A stretch of 60,000 nucleotides of DNA from Malacoraja senta (lineage: Eukaryota). The notes beneath the pieces are model-generated. The model was not told the origin of the DNA. It did not search any database and saw nothing but the letters and a program-made list of their open reading frames with translations. The stretch spans positions 8,310,001 to 8,370,000 of the forward strand of contig CM075989.1 of assembly GCA_038087875.1 (NCBI GenBank), read 5' to 3'. The position numbers were made by a program, and so were the translations under genes. Of the stretch, positions 34,611 through 47,039 are shown piece by piece. Every line of letters begins with the position of its first letter. Position 1 is the first letter of the stretch.

Positions 34611-35639
34611 CATAACCATCAACATTGCCTGTCACCGTTACCATTCCCCCATTTTACTGGAACAAGGTTCAGGACCTAGAAAGCCTGGACATTCAGGTTT
34701 AAGAACAGCTTCCTTCCCACTGCCACCCAACTATAGTAGCAATCGCCTCTTTCACATCCTGTTCCCAAGGATGCCACCATGTACTCACTGCTTTTGACTT
34801 TGCACTTTTTATCTTTTGTAAATGACACTAAAATATGGCGACCTGTGCAAGAATTTCACTGTGCAGTGCATATGTGACAATGTAGAAACATTGTAATTCA
34901 TTTAGGTAGAGATTAGGTAGTGTTTCTGACACATTGTAATCCATTGTTAACTGTACATCATTCCAATATTGTATAATATTCGTTTGCGCTCGTCTGATTT
35001 TGAATCACACTCTTTCACTGTTCTACCGCTTTGCATTCATCTTTGTATTTATCAATACTGCGAGCGTACTGATTACTCTGTGAGCTTCATGTGAACAAAT
35101 AAATTAATTGTACCTGGGTGCGTTGCATCATGACAAGAAACTAATTTACAATCAGTTGCCATTTCATCGTCAAAGGTGAGGATCTAAGCAACTTTATTCC
35201 TACTATAAAAATAAGTTGTTACACAAAAGCATTGCATAACACAGTACGTGGGCTGCCTGCCAACAAAGCATTTCTCTGGCAACTCAAGTGGAATATATAG
35301 TATGAAAGAAACCTTTAATAGAAAAATTGTAAGATTGTCTGATGTTAGACACAAAAAGCTGGAGAACGGTGCATTCCTAAATCAGTCTATGCCAATGGTG
35401 GAATCTTCAGCTACCTTCTGTCTTTGGAGTTGACATTTTGAATTGCTGCAACTCCTATCTTCTTAAAACTAGTCTTCAACTGCATTTCCTCAAACCTTTT
35501 CTATTCCCGAACCAATTCCCATTAGGATGCTTGATATGTTTAGCACAATCTGGAATTATTGTTGGGAAGGAAAGCTTTGTTCAAATTGTCAAGTTGACTT
35601 TTGGATTAAAATTAGGGTTACATTTAGAAAAGGAAAGCC

Positions 35640-36440
35640 AAGAGTCCACGAATGGCGGCAGAGAGAGTCGGCAGCTTCAGGTTCCTGAGTGTTCATATTG
35701 CTGAAGATCTGTTCTGGGCCCAGCACATTGATGCATTCATAAAGAAAGCTCATCAGAAGTTTGAGAAGATTCAGCATGTTGCCAAATACTGTATCAAACA
35801 TCTACAGGCATACGGTAGAGAGCATACTGACTGGTTGCACCATGGCCTGGTTTGGTCATTTGAATGCCCAAGAACAAAGAACGCTGCAGAAAGTGGTGGA
35901 CATTGCCTGGTCCATCACAGGTATTGATATTCCCACCATCAAAGAGATCTACAGGAGGTGATGCACAACCCTAACCAAACAGTATGAACACTGACTTGTC
36001 TAACTTCAAGTAGCCGTTGCTTTCCCTCTCTCTCCATCCCCTCCCCCTTCCCAGTTCTCCCACCAGCCTTACTGTCTCCGACTACATTCTATCTCTGTAC
36101 CGCCCACTCCCCTGACATCAGTCTCAACCCGAGACGTCACCCATTCCTTCTCTCCAGAGATGCTGCCTGTCCCACCGAGTTACTCCAGCACTTTGTGTCT
36201 ATCTTCGACCCTAACCACAACCCTGTCTCAGCACAAGAACTATTATATACTTTTTATATGTAGCACCACGTCCTTCAACTTGCACTGGTATGGCTTGGTT
36301 ACATAGTATAACTTATTTATTATATTATTGTTTATTGTATTTTTATTTGTTGTATTACTGGATTAATTTTCCTATGAAGCTGCAGCAAGCAAGAATTTTA
36401 TTGTTCCATTCCCAGCGCATATGACTATTAAACATTTCTG
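35640..36440 (+). mobile_element. Rex1/Babar fragment with nested Penelope-derived repeat (~35980-36207)
   Basis: SFRFLSVHI, YRHTVESILTGCTMAWFG; gctgcagcaagcaagaattt 3' end. Confidence 0.7.
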
Positions 36441-37699
36441 ATTCTCTTGGTTTGGTTCATTATGTTCTATGTTTCTATGGGTTATTGATTGGGGATGATC
36501 AGCCATGATCACAATGAATGGCGGTGCTGGCTCGCAGGGCCGAATGGCCTCCTCCTGCACCTATTTTCTATGTTTCTATGTCTATGTCTGTAGATTTTAC
36601 CAGAATAGGCCCACTTGAGATGATGGGTGACAGGACCTTAAGATACTAAAAAGAAACAAAACTGTGGAAGGGGAAACCGCTGAAATGTGAAAGAATTAAT
36701 TGGCCCCGTTATAGGCAAAACAGGAGAGATCGGGAGGAGGGTAACATGCAGAAAACAATGACTTAACGTTTTCTCTAGTCTTTGTTCTGGACAGATATCA
36801 ACTTGTTTGCCAGCTGCTTCCATTTCCATTAAGATAAAAAAACATCGCTGAACACAAGTAGGCATTTGAGATTAGCCTTCAATTACAATGTGTGCTGAGT
36901 AGTAATAAAATAGTCAGGTCTTGGATGCCCGTCAGATCCCTTGGCCACTGAACGGAAAACATGCTGAAGACACACTTTAACTAAAGTTACTGCAGTTTCT
37001 CATCGAGTGGTATGAACCATTCGACGGATTAACAATCCAATTAAATGAATGCAAGATAATTATGCCGCCTTAACATTGTCTGATACAGTGAGTAGATAAG
37101 AGTCACATCTTGTGAATTCGGAATCTCCAGAGAGTTGATGAGGAGACGGTGTCCTCAATATATACGTGTGGAAACTGGAGCAGGACATTCTGTACATCAT
37201 TCTTGCTCCACTAATTTTGTCATTGTAATTGCAATTCTCTGCATCTTTAGCATACTAAATCCCATGGAAAAAGAGATGAAGTGCAATGTACAAGAACAAA
37301 ACACATCTTTCTTTTGAAATATTATTCTTTTTTTTTTCTGTTTGCACTCAGTGGCAATTTTTTGTTGTTGCCCATGATACAATTCTACATCAATATTTAT
37401 CATGGAAACCAAGCATGTTAATCTATCCGCACAGATACTCATTCATGCTCCTTCACACCAAGTGAGAATGCAAAGGAGATACAATGGACTACAGACAAAT
37501 AAGGACACACAGTGCTGCAGTAACTCAGTGGGTCAGGCAGCATCTCTGGAGATCATGGACAGGTGCTGATTTGGGTTGGGACCCTTCTTCAGACTGAAGA
37601 ATGCATCACAGATTTGAAATTCAGTCTTATTGCAGTTAATTAAAGTATTTAAACTTTTTGTCCTATCTTGTTTTATTTTGTGGTTCTCTTTGTTGAAGT

Positions 37700-38240
37700 C
37701 AATGTCGTATAGCATGGAAACAGGCACTTTGGCCCAACTCATCGATACTGACCAAAATGCCCCATCCAAGCAAATCCCATTTTCCCATGCCTGGCCGATA
37801 TCCTTCTAAATATTTGCTATCCCTGTACCTGTCCAAATGTCTTTTAAATGTTGTTATTGTACCTGCCTCAACTACTTCACCTGGCAGGTAAATCCATCTA
37901 CCCACCACCCTGTGTATGAAAATGTTGCTTCTCGGGTTCCTATTAAATCTTTCCCCTCTCACCTTAAACCTAGTTCTTGATTACCCTACCCTGGGGAAAT
38001 GACTCTGTGTATTCACGCCATCCATTCCCCTCATGATTTTATACCTGCAAAAGATCACCTCCCAGTCTCCTGCGTTCCAAGGAACAAAGTCCCAGTCTGC
38101 CCAACCTCTCCCTCAAGCTCAGGACCTCAAGTCCTGGCAACCTTCTCATAAATATTCTCTCCAGCTCAATTCCTACAGCAGGGTGACTAAAATTGAACGC
38201 AATACTCCTACTGCAGTCTCACCACTATCTTATACAATAT
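37700..38240 (-). mobile_element. CR1-type LINE 3' fragment
   Basis: ORF 37699-37962 RGERFNRNPRSNIFIHRVV...FKRHLD. Confidence 0.8.
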
Positions 38241-38244
38241 CTAC

Positions 38245-38546
38245 ACGGCGCCAGTGTGAAACGGCCTTTAGTGGTCAGTGGACAAGAGCTGTACGTAACG
38301 GATTAGTGTATCATCAAGTGACTCACTCGAGTACAGATGCATGCACGGTCTCCATCAGTCCTGTCTGTGCTTCGTGGTGTGCAGGTACAGTCCCTCATTC
38401 ACCCATGTTATTTAGTCATTTTTAACCATCATTTAGGGATGTTATATGAATTAAAAATATTTAAGTATGTTTATGTTTATTTTTGTGAGTTTATCAAAAG
38501 TATATTTATGTATGTTTTTGTTAGTTTATGAAAAGTTTATGTGTCG

Positions 38547-38614
<68 letters not shown>

Positions 38615-38912
38615 CTCTCTCTCTGTCCTCCAAGGTTAGTTCTTCTGTTTGCCTTTATTTGCTTCAGTTTTGAACAAGCAGTTTGATTTCTTTTTTTTTT
38701 TTTGCATTGTCAACAAAGTTGAGAAAAACATGTTATTATTTTGCTTCAACCAGTTAGCAGAAAAAAATATTATGTTTGCCTTATGAACTTTACGTTTATG
38801 AAAGAGAAAGAAAGAGGTTAATGAAGATACATAATAATTTTATGTAGGGGTTCCCTGAGACATGAAAATTATTTCAAGGGTTCCGTAAGGGTAAAAAGGA
38901 TGAGAAACGCTG
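38245..38912. mobile_element. Possible hAT (Charlie-like) non-autonomous remnant containing a (CT)n tract at 38551-38625
   Basis: Right end aagggttcc...aaaaggatgagaaacgctg resembles a Charlie TIR; left end not found. Confidence 0.4.
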
Positions 38913-39099
38913 GGTCGATGATATCACCTATTTTTTTGCAAACTTGCTAAACATGAATTGTATGTTCTCATCCAAATCATCGACACAGATGACAAAAGAA
39001 AGGGTCCAGTACCGATTCTCGAGACTCACCACTCGGTCCTTTGTATATTCCTCAATGATGGACCAAAGTGAGATCTAAGTGTGTCAGAATTGCAACTAT

Positions 39100-39404
39100 G
39101 TCCAGCTGGTAGAGCTGCTGCCTCACAGCGCCAGTGACCCAGGTTCAATCCTGACCTCGGGTGCTGTCTGCGTGGGTTTGAACATTTTTCCTGTGACTAC
39201 ATTGGTTTTCTCCGGTTTCCTCCCGCATTACAAAGACGCGCGAATCTGAAGGTTAAATGACATTGGGTAATTTCCCTTAGTGTGTCGGGAGTGCATGAGA
39301 GAGTGAGAATAACTTAGAACTAGTGTGAATGGGTGACCGATGGTTGGTGTGGACTTGGTGGACTGAATGGTCTGTTTCCATGCTGTATCTCTAAACTAAA
39401 CTAA
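39100..39404 (+). mobile_element. V-type (HE1-like) SINE
   Basis: Head ggtagagctgctgcctcacagcgccag, core, (CTAAA)n tail. Confidence 0.8.
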
Positions 39405-39863
39405 CAACGTTAGATAAATCTACCAGCAAAGACATAATGGGCCAAATGGCCCCCTTTTTCCCATGCAATATCCTACTGTGGTGCAGCAATAAACATTGCT
39501 TAAAGTTTCACCGTTTAAGCCTAACATTCAAGCAATAAAGTGTCGATTCACAAATACCCTCTGAGGAGCTTTCCATCATTGAGTGGAACAAACAAGGGAG
39601 CAACAGACACCAGTGATTTTATATACAGCTCTCTCTTTGCAACATTATATGGGGCAGTTTTAGTGAATTCATTTTTCTTTTAACTCCGTTCTGCTCAAGT
39701 AATATTTTGTTACCAAAATGATAGCTAGTTCATTGGTTCATCGTGATAATGGTGCCGAAAGATAAAAAAAAAGACAAGTAGTTATTTCTCATCATAAATA
39801 ACAAAAAAAACTAGATCTGCCAACAATTGTTACCATGGAAACCCACATACTTCTTTTACTCAA

Positions 39864-40408
<545 letters not shown>

Positions 40409-42096
40409 TTTAGAAAGGAACTGTTTCATTTTTTTAAATATAAATATTATTTATATCTATACACACACAATTATGTATGTCCTTATTGAAATAAGGCTTG
40501 CCGAAACTGTTATTTTCAGCTTAATTGTTGACTGAAGTACCTATTGTATCAAAGAACGTGAAATGTAATTGGTTGAGCTTGCTATCTAAACCCAGCAAAA
40601 GTGGCTTCCAAAGAAACCAGGGAAGTGGAGAATCAGCAGAAAGTGCAGTGTGGATGGGAAGTCATGGGGATTGTTTCTCCGCAGCTATATCCCAGAGATA
40701 GTGGCACTCTAGGGGCTGAAAACAGGAACAAAAGCAATGGAAAGAGCAGGATGGTATTTACATTCCAATTGGCAGTGTGACCCCCAAACGTTAATGATCT
40801 GAAATTAGTTTTTTTCCCCTTTGATTAATAATGCTGAAAGCTCAATAACTCTCATTCCCAGTTAGTGCATTTTCCAGTCAGTCCTGCACAGAAAATTCAC
40901 CAATACTGCTTGTGTGCAGAAATCAGCAATGGGTTACTGTGGGAGTGGCGTTCAATTGAAAATGTCACCCTAGTGAACGATGAATTAAACCGATTCATCA
41001 CTGTCCTCGGGCAAATGTAAAATATTATGTGTAAGAAGGAACTGCAGATGCTGGTTTAAACCGAAGATAGACACAAAAAGCTGGAGTAACTCAGCGGATC
41101 AGGCAGCATCTCTGGAGAAGAGGAATAGGTGAGGTTTTGGGCGAGACCCTTCAGACTGTAAATCTTATTGTTCTCCAATAAATGGGTTTAAAGTGATTTT
41201 GCATATCCTGATAAAGAAAGGATAATAATAATTTTGACACAATCATACAAGGGCATTATTCATATTTAATGAAGAAAATTACTTAGTCCACTGGATTACT
41301 TAGTCCACTGGATAGATCATTAATTAATTAACTCCTTTATTAAATGAGGGCTTGCATAGAATAATATCCAGCACAATGGAAAAATAAATCCCAGACTCTG
41401 CAAAAACAACATGACAATGGTTCTAAACAAGCCCTTCGAAGGCTATAGAGGTGAAAATGAAAGGAATAGATTGCAGCTGGAAAGTGGATGTTGAAAGGAA
41501 TGTGAAAGTGAAAGCTTTGTGTCTCGTGCTAACATGCTTCTGGACTGATCATGTCCCAGTGGACAGGAGCAGAGCGAGGAAAAAAGCCCTCCCACCTGCT
41601 GAAGTGGTTGCATCAAGTAGCAGGGCTTTGGAATCATTTCAGGTTTCGTAGCATGACTGAAGCAAATATAGATTGTAATGACAGTGCAGTGATGTTGAGA
41701 ACCGCTTTCCAGCCCTCCAGAGTCCCGAGCATTATGCAGAAGCAGGCCTCTTGTAGGCTCGTGTTATTGTGTAGGACTTCAGCTGGTCCTAGAGTACAAA
41801 GCTTTCAGCGCACTGCTTGCTGTTGTCTCTGACAATTACCCCTGCTGCCTAGTGGTTTACACCACTCCCACATCCAATGCTGACAGACTAAATTAATTTG
41901 CTTTTGTACAAAGTGCATTGACGAGTGTGTTCTCGCCTTGTTGTAGGTCTTGAAGATTTCTGTTGCGCGGTGATCAAGTCAGAGTGCCCAGTGGTCCAAA
42001 GGTGGGAGGCGATATTGTGAGCCTATGAGTTGAGTAGCTATGTTTACAATTACATACGTGGCAAAGTGACCCTCCGGCTTCCTTTTCAATGAATGC

Positions 42097-42421
42097 AAGG
42101 ACCCACACCATCCTGGCCACACACTCATCTCTCTGCTGCCATCAGGTAGAAGGTACAGGAGCCTGAAATCTGCAACATCCAGGTTCAGGAACAGCTTCTT
42201 CCACAGAGCCATCAGACTATTAAACACAACTTCAAACAAACTCTGAACTATAACAGCCTATTGCACTTAATCTGTTTATTTATGTGTGTATGTATATTTA
42301 TTATGGTATATGGACACACTGATCTGATCTGTATTTATGCCTACAATATTCTGTTGTGCTGCAGCAAGCAAGAATTTCATTGACCTATCTGGGACACATG
42401 ACAATAAACTCTCTTGACTTG
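42097..42421 (+). mobile_element. Rex1/Babar-type 3' end
   Basis: HPGHTLISLLPSGRRYRSL..RFRNSFFHRAIRLLN; tgacaataaactctcttgacttg tail. Confidence 0.8.
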
Positions 42422-42569
42422 GCATTTCATACTACTTGTCACATAGATTCATGAAGTTATGCAGCATGGAGCATGGAGACAGGCCTTTTAGCCCATCTCG
42501 TCCATGCCGACCAAGATTCCTATCCATGCCAATGTTATTTGCCTGCATATGTTCTATATCCCTCTAAAC

Positions 42570-43599
42570 CAGGGGTGGGGAATCTGCGGCCTTCTAGGCC
42601 ATTAGGTCCGGCCTTTTGAATGAATCCAAATTTTGTAGAACAAATCCTTTTACTTTTATTAATATGTTTTTGTTCGTCTTATATTTTTTATATTTTAATC
42701 TTAAAATGAATGTATTAAAATGCCAAAGAGTAAAAGAAGATTCAATGAAATAATTCTCCCCTTTCTGTGTGATATCATGTCAAAACAAAATGACTTGAAT
42801 GTTTCTTTGCAAGGTAAAGCTAAGTCTATATATATGTGGCAAAAAAGTCCAAACATTTCGAAAAAAGCTATATTTTTTCAAAACTCTTCTTCTTCAAAAA
42901 TGAAATTTCAGATGAACATTTTCCCCAGTTAGCGAAGGTCATTGATGAGCAGGAGGATTCATGCGAAGAATACGCAGCTGTTATAGACATTTTAATTAAA
43001 GAATACAATGAAAGGTTCACAGACTTTGAGAATCATGACATCACACTCAAATTAGCATTTCAACCTCACCTAGTTGATGTCTCCAAGGCTCCTAAAGAAC
43101 TACAGATGGAACTGATTGAGCTCTCAGAAGATGACATTTTAAATTCCTTATTTGACACTAAGTAAGATCCGATTGAAATATGGAAAAATGCAACAGAATA
43201 CCCACGTCTTCGGTAACATGCACGAAAAATGCTTTCTTGCTTTTCAACCACTTATTGCTGCGAATCTACATTCTCCTACCTATCCCAAATCAAGACGCCC
43301 TTAAGGTCACAAATGACGGATACCCATCTAGGAGATCAGTGGGAACTGCGTACCTCCATGTTGCAACCAAATATTCAAATGCTTTCCCACAAAAAGCAGT
43401 CACAACAAAGTCATTAAAAGGATAGTTAACTTTAGAATTAACAATTTTTCTCATTTTCTTGAAGTTAGTACATAGTAGTTAGATTTTTACAAAATAATGT
43501 ACATTTTGAAGTATATATAATTGAATTTCTTGGATGCGGCCCATTAGATTACAGCTAACTTAATGCGGCATTCCAACATGAAAAGGTTCTCCACCCCTG
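42570..43599 (+). mobile_element. Internally deleted hAT (Charlie/Buster/GTF2IRD2-like) transposon
   Basis: TIRs caggggtggggaatct / aggttctccacccctg; 8-bp TSD ctctaaac/ctctcaac; C-terminal transposase remnants (LNVSLQGK, LQMELIEL, FSTTYCCESTFS..RSQMTD.HL); inserted in a CR1 3' fragment. Confidence 0.9.
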
Positions 43600-43849
43600 C
43601 TCTCAACCTTTCCTATCCATGTACCTGCCCAATTAAATGTTGTAATTGTATCCATCCTTACCACTTCCTGTGGCAGCTTGCTCTATACACCCACCACCCT
43701 CTGTACCAAAAACATGTCTCTCCGATCCCCTCTGAAACTTTTCTCTCTTACCTTACGCTCCCTCATTTTCCCTCTCACCTTACGCTCCCTCATTTTATAC
43801 TCTCCTAGCTTGCAAGAAGACTGAATATTTACTTTATCTATGCTCTTCA

Positions 43850-44411
43850 TCTATATAATTAAAAGTCTCATCTTGACCACTTCCTGATTGCGTAGTTGTT
43901 TGACTACGTAGTTGTTTGATATTAGAAAAAACGCTACCATATATGGTTATGATTTTTTGGCCATCTTACTCAGAGTCCTCCTCCGATGATCAGGCCCCGA
44001 GGATTTTTCCCATCCCAATAGAGTTATTAGTGTTTAAAAATTCTTGAGATTCTCTCTCCTGTCAATCACTGCGATGAAGACCATGCCCCTTCCGGGGGGG
44101 ACCTATAAAACCCGGAAGTCTGGAATAGGCTCAGTCGCTGCAAGATGGCGACGGAGAGGCCACGACTCTCAGTCTGAGCTGGGAATCTACACAACACTGA
44201 GTGTCTACTGAAATGTGAGTGCCCTTTGTGTGGTTTTATGTGGTTTTATGTGGTATGGAGACCAGTCCCTTTGGCTCACAACACCCATACTAGCGCTCCG
44301 GAAAGCCCCCCCCCCCTCCCCTCCCCCCACACTGGCCAGCAGTATTGGAATTGGTGGAGAGGTGGAATATTGCGTTGGAGGGCCAGCCCTCCCGTGTGAA
44401 GCTTAGTCTAG
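43850..44411 (+). mobile_element. Non-autonomous Helitron
   Basis: 5' TC, 3' CTAG, inserted between A and T of the host CR1 (ttca|taatttt) with no TSD; subterminal hairpin GGAGGGC-CA-GCCCTCC at 44377-44392. Confidence 0.85.
44104..44150 (+). promoter_or_regulatory. Predicted Pol II core promoter module inside the Helitron
   Basis: TATAAAA 44104-44110, ETS-type CCGGAAGT 44112-44119, Inr-like TCAGT 44131-44135, YY1-type CAAGATGGCG 44141-44150. Confidence 0.5.
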
Positions 44412-45299
44412 TAATTTTATAAATCTCAACACAGTCACCTCCCACTAGGAAAATGACCTGTCCAATCTGTGCTTATTATGGTCTCAAATGTCAGCCCTCT
44501 AGTCCGGGGAACATTACTGTGAATGTTTTCTGCACTCTCTCCAATTTAATAACATCCTTCCTATGATGCGGTAACCAGAACCACACACAATAGTCGAAAT
44601 GTGGCTCAACCAATAATCTGTATATTATAATATTCCAAACCGAAACATCACCTATCCATGTTCTCCACAGATGCTGCCTGACCCGATGAGTTACTCCAAC
44701 ATTTTGTGTCTTTATTTCTTAATAGATGTTACCTGCTTGATATTCATGTCAACAGGGAACAAAGGGAAAAGGAGTATGGACTCAAAATTGAGTGATAAGA
44801 CAAGGGTCTCATTTTTCAGTTGCAATAAACAGCCTGGTTGATGTTCACATCATCGGGCTTACTTCCCCATAGGTGGCAAGTGTGATCCCACATTTGTGTT
44901 CAATAATAATGTGTCACTTGGCACAGGGACCTTGAGTGTTACTGATTCAGTACAGAAGCAGCAACTTTTCATTTAATACCAGGGACGTCCGGGGTGAAAT
45001 TTCTCTTCCTTAACATCTGCCTTCTAAAAGAAATAGATTTCGAAGAGAGACGGTGAAATCGAAGGACATCACTTCCATTGTGCCACTAATGACATTCAAG
45101 ACACTTTACAACCAATTAAGTAATTTAGGAATTTGATGTGACACTCACTGTCAATTAATTTCCATGCATCAAGCTCCACAAACATCATCATGCCAATGTC
45201 AAAAAAGGGGCTTGGTTTTTCCTGTAAAAATGCTGACAGTTCCATGAAGAATTACCGACCATTCCCTCCGTATCTATCAGGAAGTTTGGAATTATGTAT

Positions 45300-45575
45300 T
45301 GCACAGTGGCGAGGAGGTAGACCTGCTGCCTTACAGTACCAGAGACCTGGGTTGATCCTGTCTGTACGGAGTTTGGACGTCCTCCCTGTGACTGTGTGGG
45401 TTTTCTCCGGGTGCTCCGGTTTCCTCCCACATTCCAAAGATGTGCAGATTTGGCTTCTGTAAATTATTCCTAGTGTGTAGGATAGAACTGGTGTGTATGG
45501 GTGGTTGCTGGTTGGCGCAGACTCGGTGGGCTGAAAGGCCTGTTTCCACGCTGTATCTCTAAACTAAACTAAACT
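45300..45575 (+). mobile_element. V-type (HE1-like) SINE
   Basis: Same family core and tail. Confidence 0.85.
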
Positions 45576-45644
45576 CCCAAGCAAAGGGGTCCAAGCACAG
45601 AAATCTGGCACTTCCACACTGTGATGGCTGCATTCATTCCATTG

Positions 45645-46660
45645 TCCATCCGACATGTCCTCATTCTTCAGGGAACAGGGTTCCCCTCTCCCATCATAGA
45701 TGAGGCCCACAACTCGTGTCTCCTCGGTACCCCACAGCTCCGCCCTTGCTCCCCCTCCCCCTAGTCGCAACAGAGACAGAGTCCCCCTAGTCCTTACCTT
45801 CCACCCCATCAGCCGTCGCATACAACACATAACCCTCCGAAATTTCCGCCACCTCCAACGGGATCCCACCACTAGCCACATTTCCCCCCATCTCCACCCC
45901 TTTCCGCCTTCCGCAGCGACCGTTCCCTCCGCAACTCCCTGGTTAACTCATCCCTTCCCACCCAAACTACCCCCTCCCCAGGCACCTTCCCCTGCAACCA
46001 CAGAAGATGCAACACCTGTCCCTATACCTCCTCCCCCTACTCTGTCCAGGGACCCTGACAGTCCTATCAGGTTAGGCAGCTCCTCCAACCTCATCTACTG
46101 AATCCATTGTTCAAGATGTGGACTCTTATACATCAGCGAGACCAAACACAGACTGGGCGATCATTTCGCTCAGCCCGCCTAGACTTAGCTGATCTCCCGG
46201 TTGCTAGACACTTTAATTCACCTTCCCATTCCCTGTCTGTCATATCTTTCTATCCTAGATCTCCTCCATTGTCAGAGTGAGGCTAAACACAAGTTGGAGG
46301 AACAGCATCTCATATTTCACATGGGCAGCTCTATATTCAGGTAGCCCCGGCATTCCCTCTCTCTCTCTCCCTCCCTCCCCCACATAAGTCGCACCAGCTT
46401 CTCGTTTTCACCCAACAAACAGTGAACAATGGCCTGTTTCTTCTAACATCGTTACGTTTTTGCATATCTTGTATTCCTTTTTCGTTATCTCTCCACATCA
46501 CCGTCTATATCTCTCGTTTCCCTTATCCCTAACCAGAAGGGTCTCGACCGAAATGTCACCCATTCCTTCTCTCCAGAGATGCTGCCTGTCCCGCTGAGTT
46601 ACTCCAGCTTTTTGTGTCTATCTTCGGTTTTTACCAGCATCTGCAGTTCCTTCCTACACG
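45645..46660 (+). mobile_element. Penelope-like element 3' region (linker, GIY-YIG remnant, terminal repeat)
   Basis: RVPLVLTFHP...IQHI.LRNFRHLQ.DP; SSNLIY*IHCSRCGLLYISETK; KLEEQHLIF; terminal gggtctcgaccgaaatgtcacc repeat. Confidence 0.8.
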
Positions 46661-46839
46661 TCATTCCATCAGATTCAGGTTCAGTGACTCCACACAGTAA
46701 AATAGAGAGTAATAGTGCCGAGGAAGGGAGGTAGTTCTACATAGCATAAGATGCATGTTTTGCTCAATCAATTTACACATAATTAATTATTTTAAAGCAT
46801 TTTCAAAAAGGATTAATAATGAATGACAATATTAAATTT

Positions 46840-47039
46840 NNNNNNNNNNNNNNNNNNNNNNNNNNNNNNNNNNNNNNNNNNNNNNNNNNNNNNNNNNNNN
46901 NNNNNNNNNNNNNNNNNNNNNNNNNNNNNNNNNNNNNNNNNNNNNNNNNNNNNNNNNNNNNNNNNNNNNNNNNNNNNNNNNNNNNNNNNNNNNNNNNNNN
47001 NNNNNNNNNNNNNNNNNNNNNNNNNNNNNNNNNNNNNNN
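46840..47039. other. Assembly gap (200 N)
   Basis: Run of N. Confidence 1.
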
